DNA of 64,000 bases, taken from NCBI RefSeq assembly GCF_963506605.1, contig NC_083283.1, positions 57,474,001 to 57,538,000 on the forward strand. Reading direction: 5' to 3'. The stretch is from Zootoca vivipara. Taxonomy: Eukaryota. This document shows, piece after piece, positions 45,083-58,381 of this stretch. The notes under the pieces were generated by a model. That model was not told where the DNA came from. It did no database searches and saw only the letters and a list, made by a program, of their open reading frames with translations. How positions within the stretch are numbered: the first letter of the stretch is position 1; every line of letters begins with the position of its first letter. Both the position numbers and the translations under genes were made by a program.

Positions 45083-48000
45083 TTATCCCAGGTATTTGGT
45101 ATGCCTCCCTTGGGCTATCAATTTCCCTGTCGCCTTGTTTCTTAAGTCCACGTTGGCAAAGGCCAATGTTCTTCCTTGCTTCAGAATCTCTGCAGTGATC
45201 TGGATTTCATCTCCGATATTAGCTGCTGACATGTAGCTTGAATTTGGAAAAGGGGGGGGGAGAGAAAAAGAATCCTTACATTTATAGTTCATCTCTCCTT
45301 CAAGGAGCTCAAGCCTGCATATAGGGTCTGCTTCCCTCATTTTATCCTCACAACCACCCCGTGAGGTTCAAAACTTTTCCGAAAACCCACACCACTACAT
45401 TTAACTAAATACAAGCCACCTAAGTTGCAGAGTCAAGGCCCAATTAAGCGAAAGTCGGCACTGAAATAAATCTCGGATTTCGTCATACATACGTAATATT
45501 CATATCCACACTGACTCCAGGGTGTGCTCTTTCAGTGTGCAGCAAAGCAAGTGTTGACACATTATCTACCAGAGTTGCTGTCAATCCTCCATGAAGAGTC
45601 CCACCTCGGTTTGTGTGCTCCTCTTCCACTTTCATTTCACAGACAACTTTTCCAGGAGTGGCAGAAAGAACTGTCATCTGGGAGCAGAGTGGGTGAGAGA
45701 AGAAAAGTCCCATTCCATTAAGCTTCAGTATTTTTTTTCTAGAGACTACTAAACTGAAATTAAATGCTTGCTTTTTAAAAAAATCTAAAACGCATATGTT
45801 GCCTTTGGTCCCCCAAACAGCTAACAGTAGGAGAAAACAAGTGAAACCAGCAACAAAATAAGGTTGAAGTGTGGAGTTATTTCCCTCAGGGTACCAACAA
45901 TTCAGTGGTGCCCTTTTCAAGCACCACTGTCAACATTGTCCTCCACAATGTTTTACCTCTGTCACCCAATCCAAAGGTCAGCCAACATTCTGGGCCCACT
46001 GAACTTGCTCAATCTTCAGCCGCCTACATACCAGAAACCTAAAGCACATGACCTGCCCCAAAGAATCATGGGAACTGCAGTTTACGCCTATGCTTCCCAG
46101 CTCCCTTAAACTACAGTGCCCAAGATTCTGTGGGAAGGTCATATGCATTAAATGTGCTTTCAAACCTCTTCCAATTATTTGCTTCGAGTTTCTGTAAGCG
46201 TAATGTTACAAAGAGCATTTATTTTTAATTTCCGCAATAAGTAGTTTGATTGGCTGAAACCAGCTGGGGCATTTAGACCTTTAAACCAGTGCAATTTCTA
46301 TGTACAGTGAGGGGGGGGGAGTATTTGATCCCCTGCTAACTTTGCCTGTTTGCTGTCTGTTGATGACCACCTTTGCAAAAGATGACTTAGTACTTGGTGG
46401 CAAAACCCTTGTTGGCATTTACAGAAGTCAGATGTTTCTTGTAGGTGGCCACCAGCTTTGCACACATCTCAGGAGGTATTTTGTCCCACTCCTCTTTGCA
46501 GATCCTCTCCAAGTCAGTAAGATTTTGAGGCTGATGTGTAGCTACTCGAACCTTCAGCTCCCTCCACAGATTTTCGATGGGATGAAGGTCTGGAGACTGG
46601 CTAGGCCACTCCAGGACCTTAATGTGCTTCTTCTTGAGCCACTCCTTTGTTGCCTTGGCCGTGTGTTTTGGGTCATTGTCATGCTGTAATACCCATCCTC
46701 GGCCCATTTTCAATGCCCTGGCTGGGGGAAGGAGGTGCTCACCCAAGATTTGACGATACATGGTGCCGTCCATCATCCCTTCGATGTGGTGAAGGTGTTC
46801 TGTCCCCTTAGCAGAAAAACACCCCCAAAGCATAATATGTCCCCTTCCATGATTGACGGTGGGGATGGTGTTCTTGGGGTCGTAGGCAGCATTCCTCCTC
46901 CTCCTCCAAACACGACGAGTTGAGTTGATGCCAAAGAGCTCAATTTTGATCTCATCTGAACACAACACTTTCACGCAGTTCTCCTCTGGGTCATTCAGAT
47001 GTGCATTGGCAAACTGCAGATGTGTGTGGGTGCCACACGTGCAAGGAATGAAGAAAAATGGAGACAAAGGCAAGGCAAGCAGAGCCCTCAGGAGTAAAGT
47101 GTGTCATTCTGCCTCCACTCCTAGGCTCATTTTTATTACAATAAGAGAACGTGTCACATAATTGAAACGCCCCAATCACAATTCATCCAGCTTTCCCCAG
47201 CCCCTCCCAGAGGTTCTCACATGGAAGGAAGGTGAGTTGCAGAATTACAAAAGGGCATGCAACAGGAAAGAGCAGCAGTAGAAATTCCTCCACGAGATGA
47301 GATCTTGCATGAAGCCCCAGACTGAGGGAGGTTGACAGTTATTTTGTGCTTCTTCCATTTGTGAATTATTGCACCAACTGTTGTCACCTTCTCACCAAGT
47401 TGCTTGGCAATAGTTTTGTAGCCCAGTCCAGCCTTGTGCAGGTCTACAATCTTGTCCCTGACATCCTTGGACAGCTCTTTGGTATCTGCTGAATAGATTG
47501 CTTCTGTCAACAGATGTCTTTTGTACAGGTACTGTAATGAGCTGGGATTACAGGTAAGACCTCTCCCTTACAGCAGATGCTTCTAATCTCAGCTTGTTAC
47601 ATACAGTGAAGATACCAAGTAGCCTGACATCTGGCTGGTTGATCCCTGATCAAATACTTATTTCACTCATTTTAAAGCACATCAATCTCTGACTTTTGAC
47701 TTCTGGGGTTTTTCCTGTTGTTATTCTGTCTCTCACAGCTACAATAAACCTACCATTAAAATTATGGACTGGTCATTTCTTTGTCAGAGGGTAAACAGGC
47801 AAATTTAGCAGGGGATCAAATACTTTTCCTCCTCACTGTAAATAATCTGGTTAGGACACACCCAAGTCACAAGGCTGCTTTGAACAGAGTGAAGTAAGAT
47901 CATTGGGAAGCCACCCACCCCCGGAGTATATAAAGGAATGGTAGAGAAAGTAGTTTGCAATCTAAAGCAGTACTGTACTGTATTACTGAGGACCTCTCTC

Positions 48001-48246
48001 AGGATTCGGAACACTGCAAACCTACGTTTCTCAAGCGCCAATAGGCCCAGAGTGTTCACTCCCTGTACAACTTTGCTGCCCTATTCAAGGTGACCCTGGA
48101 AAGTCAATAACACATTACACAGACACGGTATGGAACCTCAGCAAATCCCCTCCTGCTATTACCTTATTCAGCACCCGATCAAATCCGGGAGACTCCAGAA
48201 GCATTTTCACCAACCCGCGGAGAGACTGGATGTTAAGGTGACTCAT
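45083..48246 (-). CDS. ACOT13: Acyl-CoA thioesterase 13 (THEM2, hotdog fold), 3 exons, 140 aa
   Basis: Exons 48246-48163 ([28 protein letters not shown]), 45677-45493 ([18 protein letters not shown]...[10 protein letters not shown]) and 45236-45083 (YMSAANIG...[14 protein letters not shown]); 423 nt in frame. Confidence 0.95.
46305..47838 (-). mobile_element. Tc1-family DNA transposon (DD34E transposase pseudogene) in ACOT13 intron 1
   Basis: TIRs CAGTGAGG...GTATTTGATCCCCTGCTAA with TA duplications (46303-46304, 47839-47840). N-terminal [32 protein letters not shown] (47290-47490); catalytic SDE...HDNDPKH...SPDLHPIE with 34 residues between the second D and E (46387-47020); interrupted centre. 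Confidence 0.92.
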
Positions 48247-48737
48247 GATTCAAAGTTCCGACCTTCTCTCGAGCAAGGCGCTTATAGCCAGGCTTCTCAC
48301 TAATGCAGTCAAGTAGTTGGGAGATCTCGGAGTTGCGGGCAGCACGAGGCAATTGCAAAGCTGCAGGATCCGCGGGCATCAAATTGGCCCTTCGGAGCTC
48401 AGCGCCGGCTCTGGAGAACTGGAAGAGCGCCTCTTGTCAAGCCCCGCCTCCCTCGCTCGCTCCCAGCGTTCTAACATTTGCTACTCCGCGTTCCATTCGC
48501 CAAACGTTCGAATCCCCGCCCGCCCACAGCGCCTACCCTTTCACCTCCGAGCAATTGGGTCGGGCTGTTAAGCGGGCGAGCGCAGAAGCTTCGTGTCTTG
48601 CCCGTGCTGCGCCTGCGCGGCATTTGAGCTTCGAGGGGCGTGGATTTGCTGAAGCTGGAAAACCGGTGGTGGTCCTGAAAGGAAACAGGGAGCGCGAGCT
48701 TTTTAAAAAAACAACAGCAACAACTCAAAACAGGCAG
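48247..48737. promoter_or_regulatory. Bidirectional CpG-island promoter shared by ACOT13 and TDP2
   Basis: Head-to-head ATGs 491 bp apart, CpG-rich, with inverted CCAAT (ATTGG) at ~48383 and ~48554 and GC boxes. Confidence 0.85.
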
Positions 48738-51700
48738 ATGGATGTGGGCAGCGTTGCTCAGGGGGTGGAGCAGGCGACCCCGGAGGAGAGGACGCAGGAC
48801 TCGGAGCAGCAGCTGCAGCCTTCCAAGGAGGAGGAAGAGAAGGAAGAAGAGAAGCACAGGAAGCTCCTGTGTCTGGAATTTACCTCCATCAGCGGCAGCG
48901 ATCTAGCCGTTGCTCAGTGCTACCTGGCAGAGAATGACTGGGATATGCAGGTACTGTATATGCCCTCGCTTCTCGTTTTAGCACGTGCTTTATAGATCCC
49001 GGCGCCTGATCCTAGCACACAATCACACTCTGCCTTGTGGGCCTTTGTTGTTTGTTTTTGCAGAGAGCGCTGAATTCTTATTTTGAGCCGCCTCTTGAGG
49101 AGCAACCTATGGACGCGATGCCAGAGCCTCTCCCGGTGGAGGGGACCCTGTAAGTCTCCTGCGCCTGTAACTCATCCCTCTCAAGAATATTAAAAAATCT
49201 ATTCCCGCTTGTGTACAGATGCATGGGGGCCATCTTGGTGCAATTGGACGGTGGTGCTGTCAGGGCAGTTGAGTCAGATGGGTTAAGATCCCCTCCCAGC
49301 CACGAGTTCACTGGGGTGACCATGGGCTAATCCAGGCATCCCCAAACTTCGCCCCTCCAGATGTTTTGAACTACAATTCCCATCTTCCCCGACAACTGGT
49401 CCTGTTAGCTAGGGATCATGGGAGTGGTCCAGGCATCCCCAAACTACGGCCCTCCAGATGTTTTGGCCTACAACTCCAAAACACCTGGAGGGCCGAAGTT
49501 TGGGGGTGCCTGGTAGGCTAATCCCTATTCTCTTAGCCTAGCCCACCCCATTCTCTTTGGAAGAGCATAACCTGCCTGCTGTCTTTACAATACCGTGTTT
49601 CTCATATTATAAGACATGTCTTATATTTATTTTTTCCTCAAAAAAACACACTATGTCTTATTTTCAAGGGATGTCTTATTTTTTTCCTCCTCCTGCTGCT
49701 GCGGCCAGCATTGCTGCTGCGCCTATCACTATGTCTTATTTTCGGGGTATGGCTTATATTCCTTGAATGCTTAAAAATCCTGCTATGGCTTATTTTATGG
49801 GTATGTCTTAAAATATGAGAAACAGGGTAGTACTGTATATGCCTCTGTAAGTGGTATAAGCGTTAATATCTCTTGCACTTAGCTTGCCGGGCCCTGCCCA
49901 GGGGAATGGTTCATAGTGTAGTCAAGTCTCTAAATAAGGGCTGGCTCCAGCAAGTCTCCTGTTTTTAAGGCCCCCACATTGCCCATAAAGTAGCATTGTT
50001 CCAGGTCATTGTGGAAAACTTACATGTTGGTTCCCACTGAGATGTGCCACTTAAATTCCCTCGCATGCCCCAGAGTTCTGCCATACCAAGGGTGCCCTGG
50101 GGCACATTAGTGCTGTGTTTACATGGCTGCTGAGCACTTGGGGAAAACGAAAGTGAGTGGGAGAAAGGGACAGGCTGCAGGAGTGGCTGCTGCTGCTAAG
50201 GACCTAATCTAGATGGCAATAACCTGTATCTGACCTACCTGGTATCGATTTGTACCTTCATAAATCCGCTCCACTATGTCAAGATGAAAGTAAAGCCATT
50301 TTCACAGCTGACCAGCATCTCAGAATACCTTTCTTGAAAATATGAATGAGGAAACAATCCCAAGTATGGGAAGCCAGAGTAATTTACATAATTAAGTGAA
50401 GCCGGCATAGAGTATGCCAGATTCAAAGTCCGCTCAGGACTTTGAGCAAGCCTAAGACTGGCAGAAGGGAAATAAGTCTTTAATATAGAGTCTGATTTAT
50501 GCCACTCTGGCATTCCCTCGGGTTGCCATGTTGCTTGACTGAGCTGAACAAAGTTAGGATCCAGCATATGTGCCCCCTGTCACGTCCTGCCCACCCCTCT
50601 GCCCTAGAACACCTATTTTTCAGGGCTGCTGTAAGTTCTGCTGGTTTTGGCTTGTCGTCAGCTGAGCTGGGATGAGACTGTTACACCAGCATATCTCTGA
50701 CTGAGCTGGGGTTGGTGACATGCCCAACTGAGCTGGGAATCTACTGACTGAACTGGGGACCTGCCACATCCTAACTCTCTCACTCTGGTGGATCTAGGGT
50801 TAGGATTGCATCCTTTGCCATTCTTCACCTTTGGTCCAATAATTCACTGCTGTTATTTCTATTGCATGCATTCTCTTGCTGCTGGTCGGTGGTTAAGAGT
50901 TATGCATGACATCTTAGTTTTGAGCTGGGTGTTTGTTTATTATTACTGGTTTCATTAGGGCTTGGATAACACAGTTGTATTATACAATGTTTTATTATTT
51001 TATGATGGAAGCCAGCTTCAGAGTTTTACTTTTAAAGGTGGCTTATCAATATAATGAAGGGACCCAGGTGGCGCTGTGGTTAAACCACTGAGCCTAGGGC
51101 TTGCTGATCAGAAGGTCGGCGGTTCGAATCCCTGTGACGGGGTGAGCTCCCGTTGCTTGGTCCCAGCTCCTGCCAACCTAGCAGTTTGAAAGCACATCAA
51201 AATGCAAGTAGATAAATAGGAACCGCTACAGCGGGAAGGTAAACGGCGTTTCCATGTGCTGCTCTGGTTTGCCAGAAGCGGCTTTGTCATGCTGGCCACA
51301 TGACCTGGAAGCTATACGCCGGCTCCCTCGGCCAATAATGCGAGATGAGCGCGCAACCCCAGAGTCGGTCACGACTGGACCTAATGGTCAGGGGTCCCTT
51401 TACCTTTACCTTTATCAATATAATAAGTAACTTGTGTTAATATAAGTAACTTGTGTCTGTGTTTTCTAGCATTGACCTAACTGATGAATCGACCACCGGC
51501 AACGTCTCTGCTGCTGTTAAAGAGGCGGGTCTTAGCCCCAAAGAGGATGACGGCACATTTTCTTTAATTACCTGGAATATAGATGGCCTGGATTTAAAAA
51601 ACCTGCAAGATAGGGCACGAGGAGTTTGCTCCTATCTCGCTTTGTAAGTTATCTGTCACAGCGGTACCTTATTAGAGTGTCAGCTTAATTAAAATCATTG

Positions 51701-54483
51701 GGATTTATTTCAAAGTAAACAGGATTGGGATACACTTTTTTTTAAAAAAAAATCAGAATATTTCTACTATGCCATTTTTTCTTTTACACTTATCTGAAAT
51801 GTAGAGCTACCAAGAATATTTAAGACAGCCTTGCCCAGTCTTGTGCCTCTATATATTTTGGACTACATAGCCCATAAGATGCAGCCAGCATGATGGGGTA
51901 TGTAGGCCAAAGCATCTAGAGGCACCAGGTTGGAGGAGGCTGATTTAAGCATGCCAGCCTAGAAAAATGTAATTGATTTTAACCCCAGTAGGATCTGAAC
52001 CTACACGGCAACTCATTAAATCTCAAGAGACAAATCTTAGGTTCATTACACTTCCTTGTGTTGCTTGTGCATTTGATTCCATAACTATATTTTTGCACAA
52101 CCCTATGCATGTTTGCATTGCATTGCAGCCATAAAGTTGTGAAGCAAGGCCAGTTGTTGTTGCTTTTTACAGTAATTAAATAAGTTAAGAAGACCAGTGT
52201 AGAACCATTGTATAGTAAACAGCTTATCTATTACAGTATGTTGCTTTATGTTAACCATTACACATTCCCACTTTCTCATTTAGGTACAGTCCAGATGTGG
52301 TATTTCTACAGGAGGTTATTCCACCAGTTTTATGCTATCTACAGAAGAGAGCCATCAGTTACACAATTATTCCAGGTAAAATGAAGTTAAAGTAATTGCT
52401 ATACATTTTTAGTGGGGTAGCTGTGTTAGTCTGCTGCAGCAAGAACAATCAGGATTTCCTCTCCCCCACCCCAAATGCCCCATCAAATTTGCTGTGAAGG
52501 GTTGGGGGAACCCTGAAAATAGATAAGGTGGGTAGGGAGAGGGTGTCCAGTTGTACAGGTGATAATCCTTGCACTAAGGATGACTTAGCTGAATACAACC
52601 CATACTTTAGTAGTCTGAACAAGGCCACTATCTGAAGGAGACATCATTGTTGTTGCCCTTGTTGCCCTTTCCTTTTTCTGTGTTTCTCTCCAGGTAATAC
52701 AGACGGTTATTTCACGGCCATAATGTTAAAAAAATCAAGAGTCAGAGTTTTAAAAGAAGAAATAACACCTTTCCCTACCACCTCCATGATGAGAAATTTA
52801 TTAGCAGTACATGTAAGTGAGTTCTTGCACACCTAGTTCATTGGCAATCTTTTTTATTTGTTCTAAAGTTAACAGTGTTGATGTGTCTTAATAATTTGAA
52901 ATGGTGGGTATTTTATGTTGTTCAAATATCGAGGGCAACATATGGGAAAATTAACTGTTATCGTAAAAAAAAAAAGGTCTGGCTGCACTTAGCCCCATGC
53001 AGAAAATGTAGTTTTATGCCACACATCTTGTTCTTTCACGAGAAATTGCTGTAAAGAGTGGTGAAATCCTACTGTTTTAGCAGACCGTCGCACGCAGAAA
53101 ATGTCGCTTTATGCTTTATCTCTCGCTCTTCTTCATAGGCAACCATATCTGGCAATGACCTCTGCCTTATGACTTCGCATCTGGAGAGCACGAAGGGTCA
53201 TAATGAAGAACGCTTGAGTCAGTTGAAACGGGTGCTTGCCAAAATGACGGAGGCCCCAGAGTCCACTACTGTGATTTTTGGAGGAGATACAAATCTCAGA
53301 GACAAAGAGGTGAACTGGAGCAAAACTCCTTAGTTGTGTTGTTTTTATTTGTAACACCTTTCCCCATCTCCTAAAAATAACAGTTGCTTTTCCCACATAC
53401 CACTTACATAGGCTTTCCCCACCGCTGGCGATTATTCACAATTCCCCTTTGCCTATATATATATTTAAAAGCAGGTTTTATTAAGGATTTTCAAGAACAT
53501 GCATACAGAAAAGAAGAAAACAAATCATTCACCAATAATCAGCAGTTGTCTTGCAAAATATTGACAACAATGTAGACCTGACTAGCATTAAGGAGCAATG
53601 AATGAACAAAGCATAAAACTACACAAGATATCACAGTTCTCTGGAGTTGCGGCGCTCATCTCGCTTTGTTGGCCGAGGGAGCCGGCGTTTGTCCGCAGAC
53701 AGCTTCCGGGTCATGTGGCCAGCATGACGAAGCCGCTTCTGGCGAACCAGAGCAGCACACGGAAACGCCGTTTACCTTCCCGCTGTACCTATTTACCTAC
53801 TCGCACTTTGACGTGCTTTCAAACTGCTAGGTGGACAGGAGCTGGGATCGAACAACGGGAGCTCACTTCGTTGCGGGGATTTGAACTGCCGACCTTCTGA
53901 TTGGCAGGCCCTAGGCTCTGTGGTTTAGACCACAGCACCACTCGCGTCCCATATTTCCCTTGTACCAAGTGATTAAACAAAGCCAGGTAGCTATTTATTT
54001 CAGATAACAGGTTTCCGAATTAGAACAGTGTTGCTAAGGAGCAGTGATGGTGCTTCACAACAAAATTGGTGGCTCTCCCAACGAACTATATAAGAAGTGA
54101 CAAAATCAATCCATGGCACATTTTTGAAAGCTGATTATTGGTAGTACAGTATATTTATAGAACTGTACACTATTAACGTTTTCTACTTTTCTCCCCATCA
54201 GGTTGCTAAGCTTGGTGGTTTGCCTGACAACATTCTGGATGTTTGGGAATTTTTGGGGAAGCCAGAACATTGCCGCTACACGTGGGATACAACCCAAAAC
54301 ACTAACTTAGATGCACGTTACAAGTGCAGATTGCGGTTTGATCGCCTCCTCCTCCGAGCTGCTTCTACTGACGGACAAATTGTTCCTAAGAGTTTGGATT
54401 TAATTGGGCTGGAAAAACTGGACTGCGGCAGATTTCCTAGCGATCACTGGGGTCTGCTTTGCAATTTTGATGTGGTACTATAA
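48738..54483 (+). CDS. TDP2: Tyrosyl-DNA phosphodiesterase 2 (UBA-like + EEP domain), 7 exons, ~378 aa
   Basis: Exons 48738-48950, 49064-49149, 51470-51643, 52284-52375, 52694-52812, 53139-53309 and 54202-54483 (1137 nt in frame). Motifs: CYLAENDWDMQRALNSYF, IDLT, TWNIDGLD, VVFLQEV, TSHLES, FGGDTNLRD, RFDR, FPSDHWGL. AATAAA at ~54790 and ~54837. Confidence 0.95.
49332..49512. mobile_element. Palindromic hAT MITE with internal duplication or nested copy
   Basis: CAGGCATCCCCAAACT occurs twice (49332, 49430); ends ...AGTTTGGGGGTGCCTG. Confidence 0.75.
49593..49827. mobile_element. Tc2/pogo-type MITE, relative of 833-1629 without the minisatellite
   Basis: TA|CCGTGTTTCTCATATTATAAGACATGTC...GTCTTAAAATATGAGAAACAGGG|TA. 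Confidence 0.8.
51059..51411 (+). mobile_element. Sauria SINE
   Basis: Head GGGACCCAGGTGGCGCTGTGG...GGTTCGAATCC (A/B boxes), (ACCTTT)n tail, TSD TTATCAATATAAT. Confidence 0.92.
53640..53950 (-). mobile_element. Sauria SINE lacking tail
   Basis: Matches the other copies from CTCTGGAGTTGCGGCGCTCATC to CGCGTCCC. Confidence 0.85.
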
Positions 54484-55880
54484 GGGGAGGAAATGATTTC
54501 CACGTGGTGTATGAAAGACACCGTTACATTTACAACCTTTCCTGTTTCCACCCCACATCCTGCTATATTTTAAACCAATTCTGGGATTGGTTCAAATTTA
54601 TACCCTCCAGTAGTAATACACTAATCCTTGCCCAGTGAAAGGGTGGGGAGAAGACTTTTAAATCTATACTCTTAAATTCCTTCCAATTTATAGGTACTCC
54701 AGGATATATTTCCCTTCCAAGTTTCAATTCCTGTGCAAAATAGATAAATGAAAATGCTAGCCATATAATACTATTTCAGTCTTAAATTGAATAAAGAATA
54801 ATTCAACCCACCTTTTCATAATCTGATATTGAACTTAATAAAGGTAGGCTTGAAGGATTTTTTTTATTTAAACCACTGTTTTCAGGTAGCAGAGTTGGAA
54901 AAATAGCCAATTGTTTTAAGGGGAGGGGGGAAGTAACCGACTTTCTATGGGCTGGTAATCTTAGAACAATTGTTACATTGCTGAAGTGTCATATCATTTC
55001 CTGTCTGTGAAGAAGGGGAATGTTTTTTCAGGATGAGCAAGGCTTGAGTTAGAGATCGGCATTATGGGTACTCGATGATTCCCATGCACCAGTAGGGTGC
55101 CCAAGCCTTGGAGCCTTCTGATGCTGATTCCCATCAAACTTTCCAAATTAGCAGGCAATGAGAGGAGGTATCCCCCCCCTACATGTCTTATTTTCTCTGG
55201 GAAGGAGTGTGACTTAGGCCCAAGGAGAGAGAACACTGAATCAGCAGTGGTGAAAAGGACAAGGTGGAGTCCAATGGAAACATACTGGCAAAAATGCTAG
55301 GACCAGCACTGATGGTAACAACTCTTAAAAGTCAGCAATCCTAAAATAGATCTGATCATGTAATCAAACCAGGTAACAAAGGAATTGCCTCCTTACCAAT
55401 GTATTTTCTCCTGGAGGTCTGCAGCCCACAGAACAGAAGGTAGTGATCATTGGTTGTTTTGAAGCCCCAACAGCAAGGTATGATTGCCGATGGATAGGTA
55501 ATTTGCAGTATTCCCTCTACGCACTTGCAGTTTCCTACCGTAAGTCACTGTGTGCTTGCAAGGAATTCTGAATTCCTGCCACTTTTGCATGTCGAAAATA
55601 GTCCTGCTACTATATCTGTAGGCAGGATGTGATGTCTGCAGACTTGCTTATCTCAGCATGAAAGAGAGATGAGTCTCTTTGCAGGGCTGTCATGCAGAAG
55701 ACTGTTGTCTGTTTGTCCAGGAGGCAGAAGCAGGACCTGGTAAGGAAGCAGATTTCATAGGAACATTGGAAGCTACCTTACACTAAATCAGACCATTGTT
55801 CAGTCTAGCTCGATATTATCTACACCAGGTGTGGAGAAGCTTTGGGCCTTCGGATATTGCTGAACTACAACTCCCATAAT

Positions 55881-56158
55881 TTTGTTTTCTGCTGCTCCAG
55901 AGAAGCGGACACGGAGCAATGGATTCAAACTTCAAGAAAGAAGATTCCACCTAAACATTAGGAAGAACTTCCTGACAGTAAGAGCTGTTCGACAGTGGAA
56001 TTTGCTACCAAGGAGTGTGGTGGAGTCTCCTTCTTTGGAGGTCTTTAAGCAGAGGCTTGACAGTCATATGTCAAGAATGCTTTGATGGTGTTTCCTGCTT
56101 GGCAGGGGGTTGGACTGGATGGCCCTTGTGGTCTCTTCCAACTCTATGATTCTATGAT
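55881..56158 (+). mobile_element. CR1 LINE 3' end inserted in a hAT MITE (arms ~55826-55880 and ~56160-56232)
   Basis: Peptide RTRSNGFKLQERRFHLNIRKNFLTVRAVRQWNLLPRSVVESPSLEVFKQRLD and tail CTCTATGATTCTATGA. Confidence 0.9.
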
Positions 56159-57949
56159 AATTCCTGGCTATTATTAGCGTTGCTTGCTGGAGCTGATGGG
56201 ACCTGTAAGTTCTGACTGGCAGTGTTTCTCCAAGGTGTTTAGGATTTGCATGCAAAGCAGATGCTCTGCTACGGTACTGAGCTAGGAGAAACTTCCTAAT
56301 TATGAGAGCTGTTTGATAGTGGAGCTGGCCATCTCGGGAGGTTGTGGTGGAGCCTCCTTTGATGGGGGTACTTAAACAGGCTGGTCAGAAAAGATCTGGA
56401 TTATTTTTGGACTACAACGATTGGGTTTCATTGACTAGAAAGGCAGTAATTATCGATGATCAGAACCCTCAAAATTCCTCAGAATTTGAAGCATGGGAAG
56501 TCAATAAATTTTATAATTTGGCATAATATTGGGATTAATGGATATGCATTTGTATCATTTGGAATAATTGGTATGATATAATTGGTTGTAAGTGAAAAAT
56601 TTAATAAAAATTGATTTGAAAATAAATAAATAAACAGGCTGGTCAGCCCTCCATTGAGGACGGTGTAGTTGCAGATTCCTGCCCTGAGCAAAGCACTGGT
56701 TCCAACACACCATTCTAGGATTCTATTTATCTGACAGCTAAGCCAGTGGTGTGAACTGCCCGGAGGACTTTGGGCATCAACTAATGTTCTAAATAAATAC
56801 AGTCTTTATTTTTACTTTTAGCTGTGAGTTCACTGCAGCCAAGGTTCCTTCCACAATACTGCATCTCTGTTCTTTACAGATGGCATAATTCATTCACTTG
56901 GTTATTATATTCAGGCAGTGTTGCTGCCAAGATGTTGCATTTCATGGACATGTTTGCAGCTTAAAGCGCAGTGAGGTTGTTCCCACTCTCCACTGTGCTT
57001 CAAGTGGCATTTGAGCACTAATGTACCTGCCAGGGATGCCTTTACCTGATGTACACTACCTGTTTGGTTCCCCCACGCCTGCAATCCTTCCCAAACTCTT
57101 CCTGAAGCTGTCATCTGTGCAAGCGTGAAGGCTGTCTCAGATGTTAATAATAATAATAATAGCCTGCTGGATCAGGCCAATGGCCCATCTAGTCCTGCAT
57201 CTTGTTCTCACAGTGGCCACCCAGTGGTTTGAACAGGCAGAACCTCCAAGCACATGAGCAGTTTCTCCTCCTTTGGTATCCATAGAATTGCTGCCTCTTA
57301 CCATGAAGGCAGAGCACAGCCATGGTGGCAAGTAGCCATTGAATTTGCACCAATGAATTTATTCAATCCTCTTTCAAAGGCATCCAAGTTGGTAGCCGCT
57401 GCTGCCCCCCCCCCGCGACTTCCATAGTTCAGACACTAACACACCAGCTTAATCGCTGCTTATATCAAATTAGGACATAAGCTTGCTTGAGGGAAAACGC
57501 ACAAAACAGGAACATTTCTCAATAAACTACAGGATAGATAGGACTTGTGGCCAACATCATGAGTACAGGACTTCAAACACCAGCAGCGGGAGTGCTCTGC
57601 TCCAGTGCTTCCTGCTTGACCTTGCATGGTTTGTGGTGATTTTCCTGACTCGAAACGAAATTTCAAAGTTGTGCCAGACTTTTCAGTGTTTTCTCTAAAG
57701 TACGCTTTTAAAAAAAAACCACAACACCTTGCTCTTCTGCAGCTGGCCCGATGTCAAGGACTGAAACAACTACCTGATTTTTAGAAGACATCTGAAGGCA
57801 GCCCTGCTTAGGGAAGTTCTTAATGTTTGATGTTTTATCATGTTTTTAATATTCTATTGGGAGCAGCTCAGAGTGACTGGGGAAATTATAATTATTATTT
57901 TAGCCCCTTCTACGGATGCATGAGAGGTGAGTTGGGTGGAGCTCAAGCA

Positions 57950-58381
57950 TCGCCCCCTTGGGGCCGGGTTGCGATCCAGCCCCAGACCATGGATGGCGGA
58001 TGCGCTTTAGTGGCTGGGAAGGAGGAAGGGAGACCGAGCGATCGCAGCCGCTGTGTCTGTTTTTTTTTGTTTTGCTTTGGACAAAAGCATGTAAAAGACT
58101 TGCAGGCATCGATCGCCTATGCTTTGCTAGCTTGGCACACCCACTTCTAATTTTTATTGCCCTTGGTTACAAAATAATAATAATAATAATCATCATCATC
58201 ATCATCATCCAGCTCCTGCTCCGTCCTGCAAATCTTCGGGAAGACAACGAGGAGGAGCAGATGGGGCGCACTGAAGGATGCAGCCGTACCCTGCCGAAGC
58301 ACCAGCTGCTTCCCCTGGCGCCGCCCGATATCTCTCTCTTTCCGAGCCCCACCCCCTCCTCGCCTCGCCTCTAACCGCCAG
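57950..58381 (+). promoter_or_regulatory. KIAA0319: Probable promoter and non-coding exon 1 of KIAA0319
   Basis: CpG-rich stretch ending in a strong donor CAG|GTAAGA at 58381/58382, with an RFX X-box-like TTGCCCTTGGTTAC at ~58157-58170. Identity is inferred only from synteny (next gene after TDP2, same strand); no coding exon is in the window. Confidence 0.55.
58172..58209. repeat. (AAT)n(CAT)n compound microsatellite
   Basis: aataataataataataatcatcatcatcatcatcatc. Confidence 0.9.
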
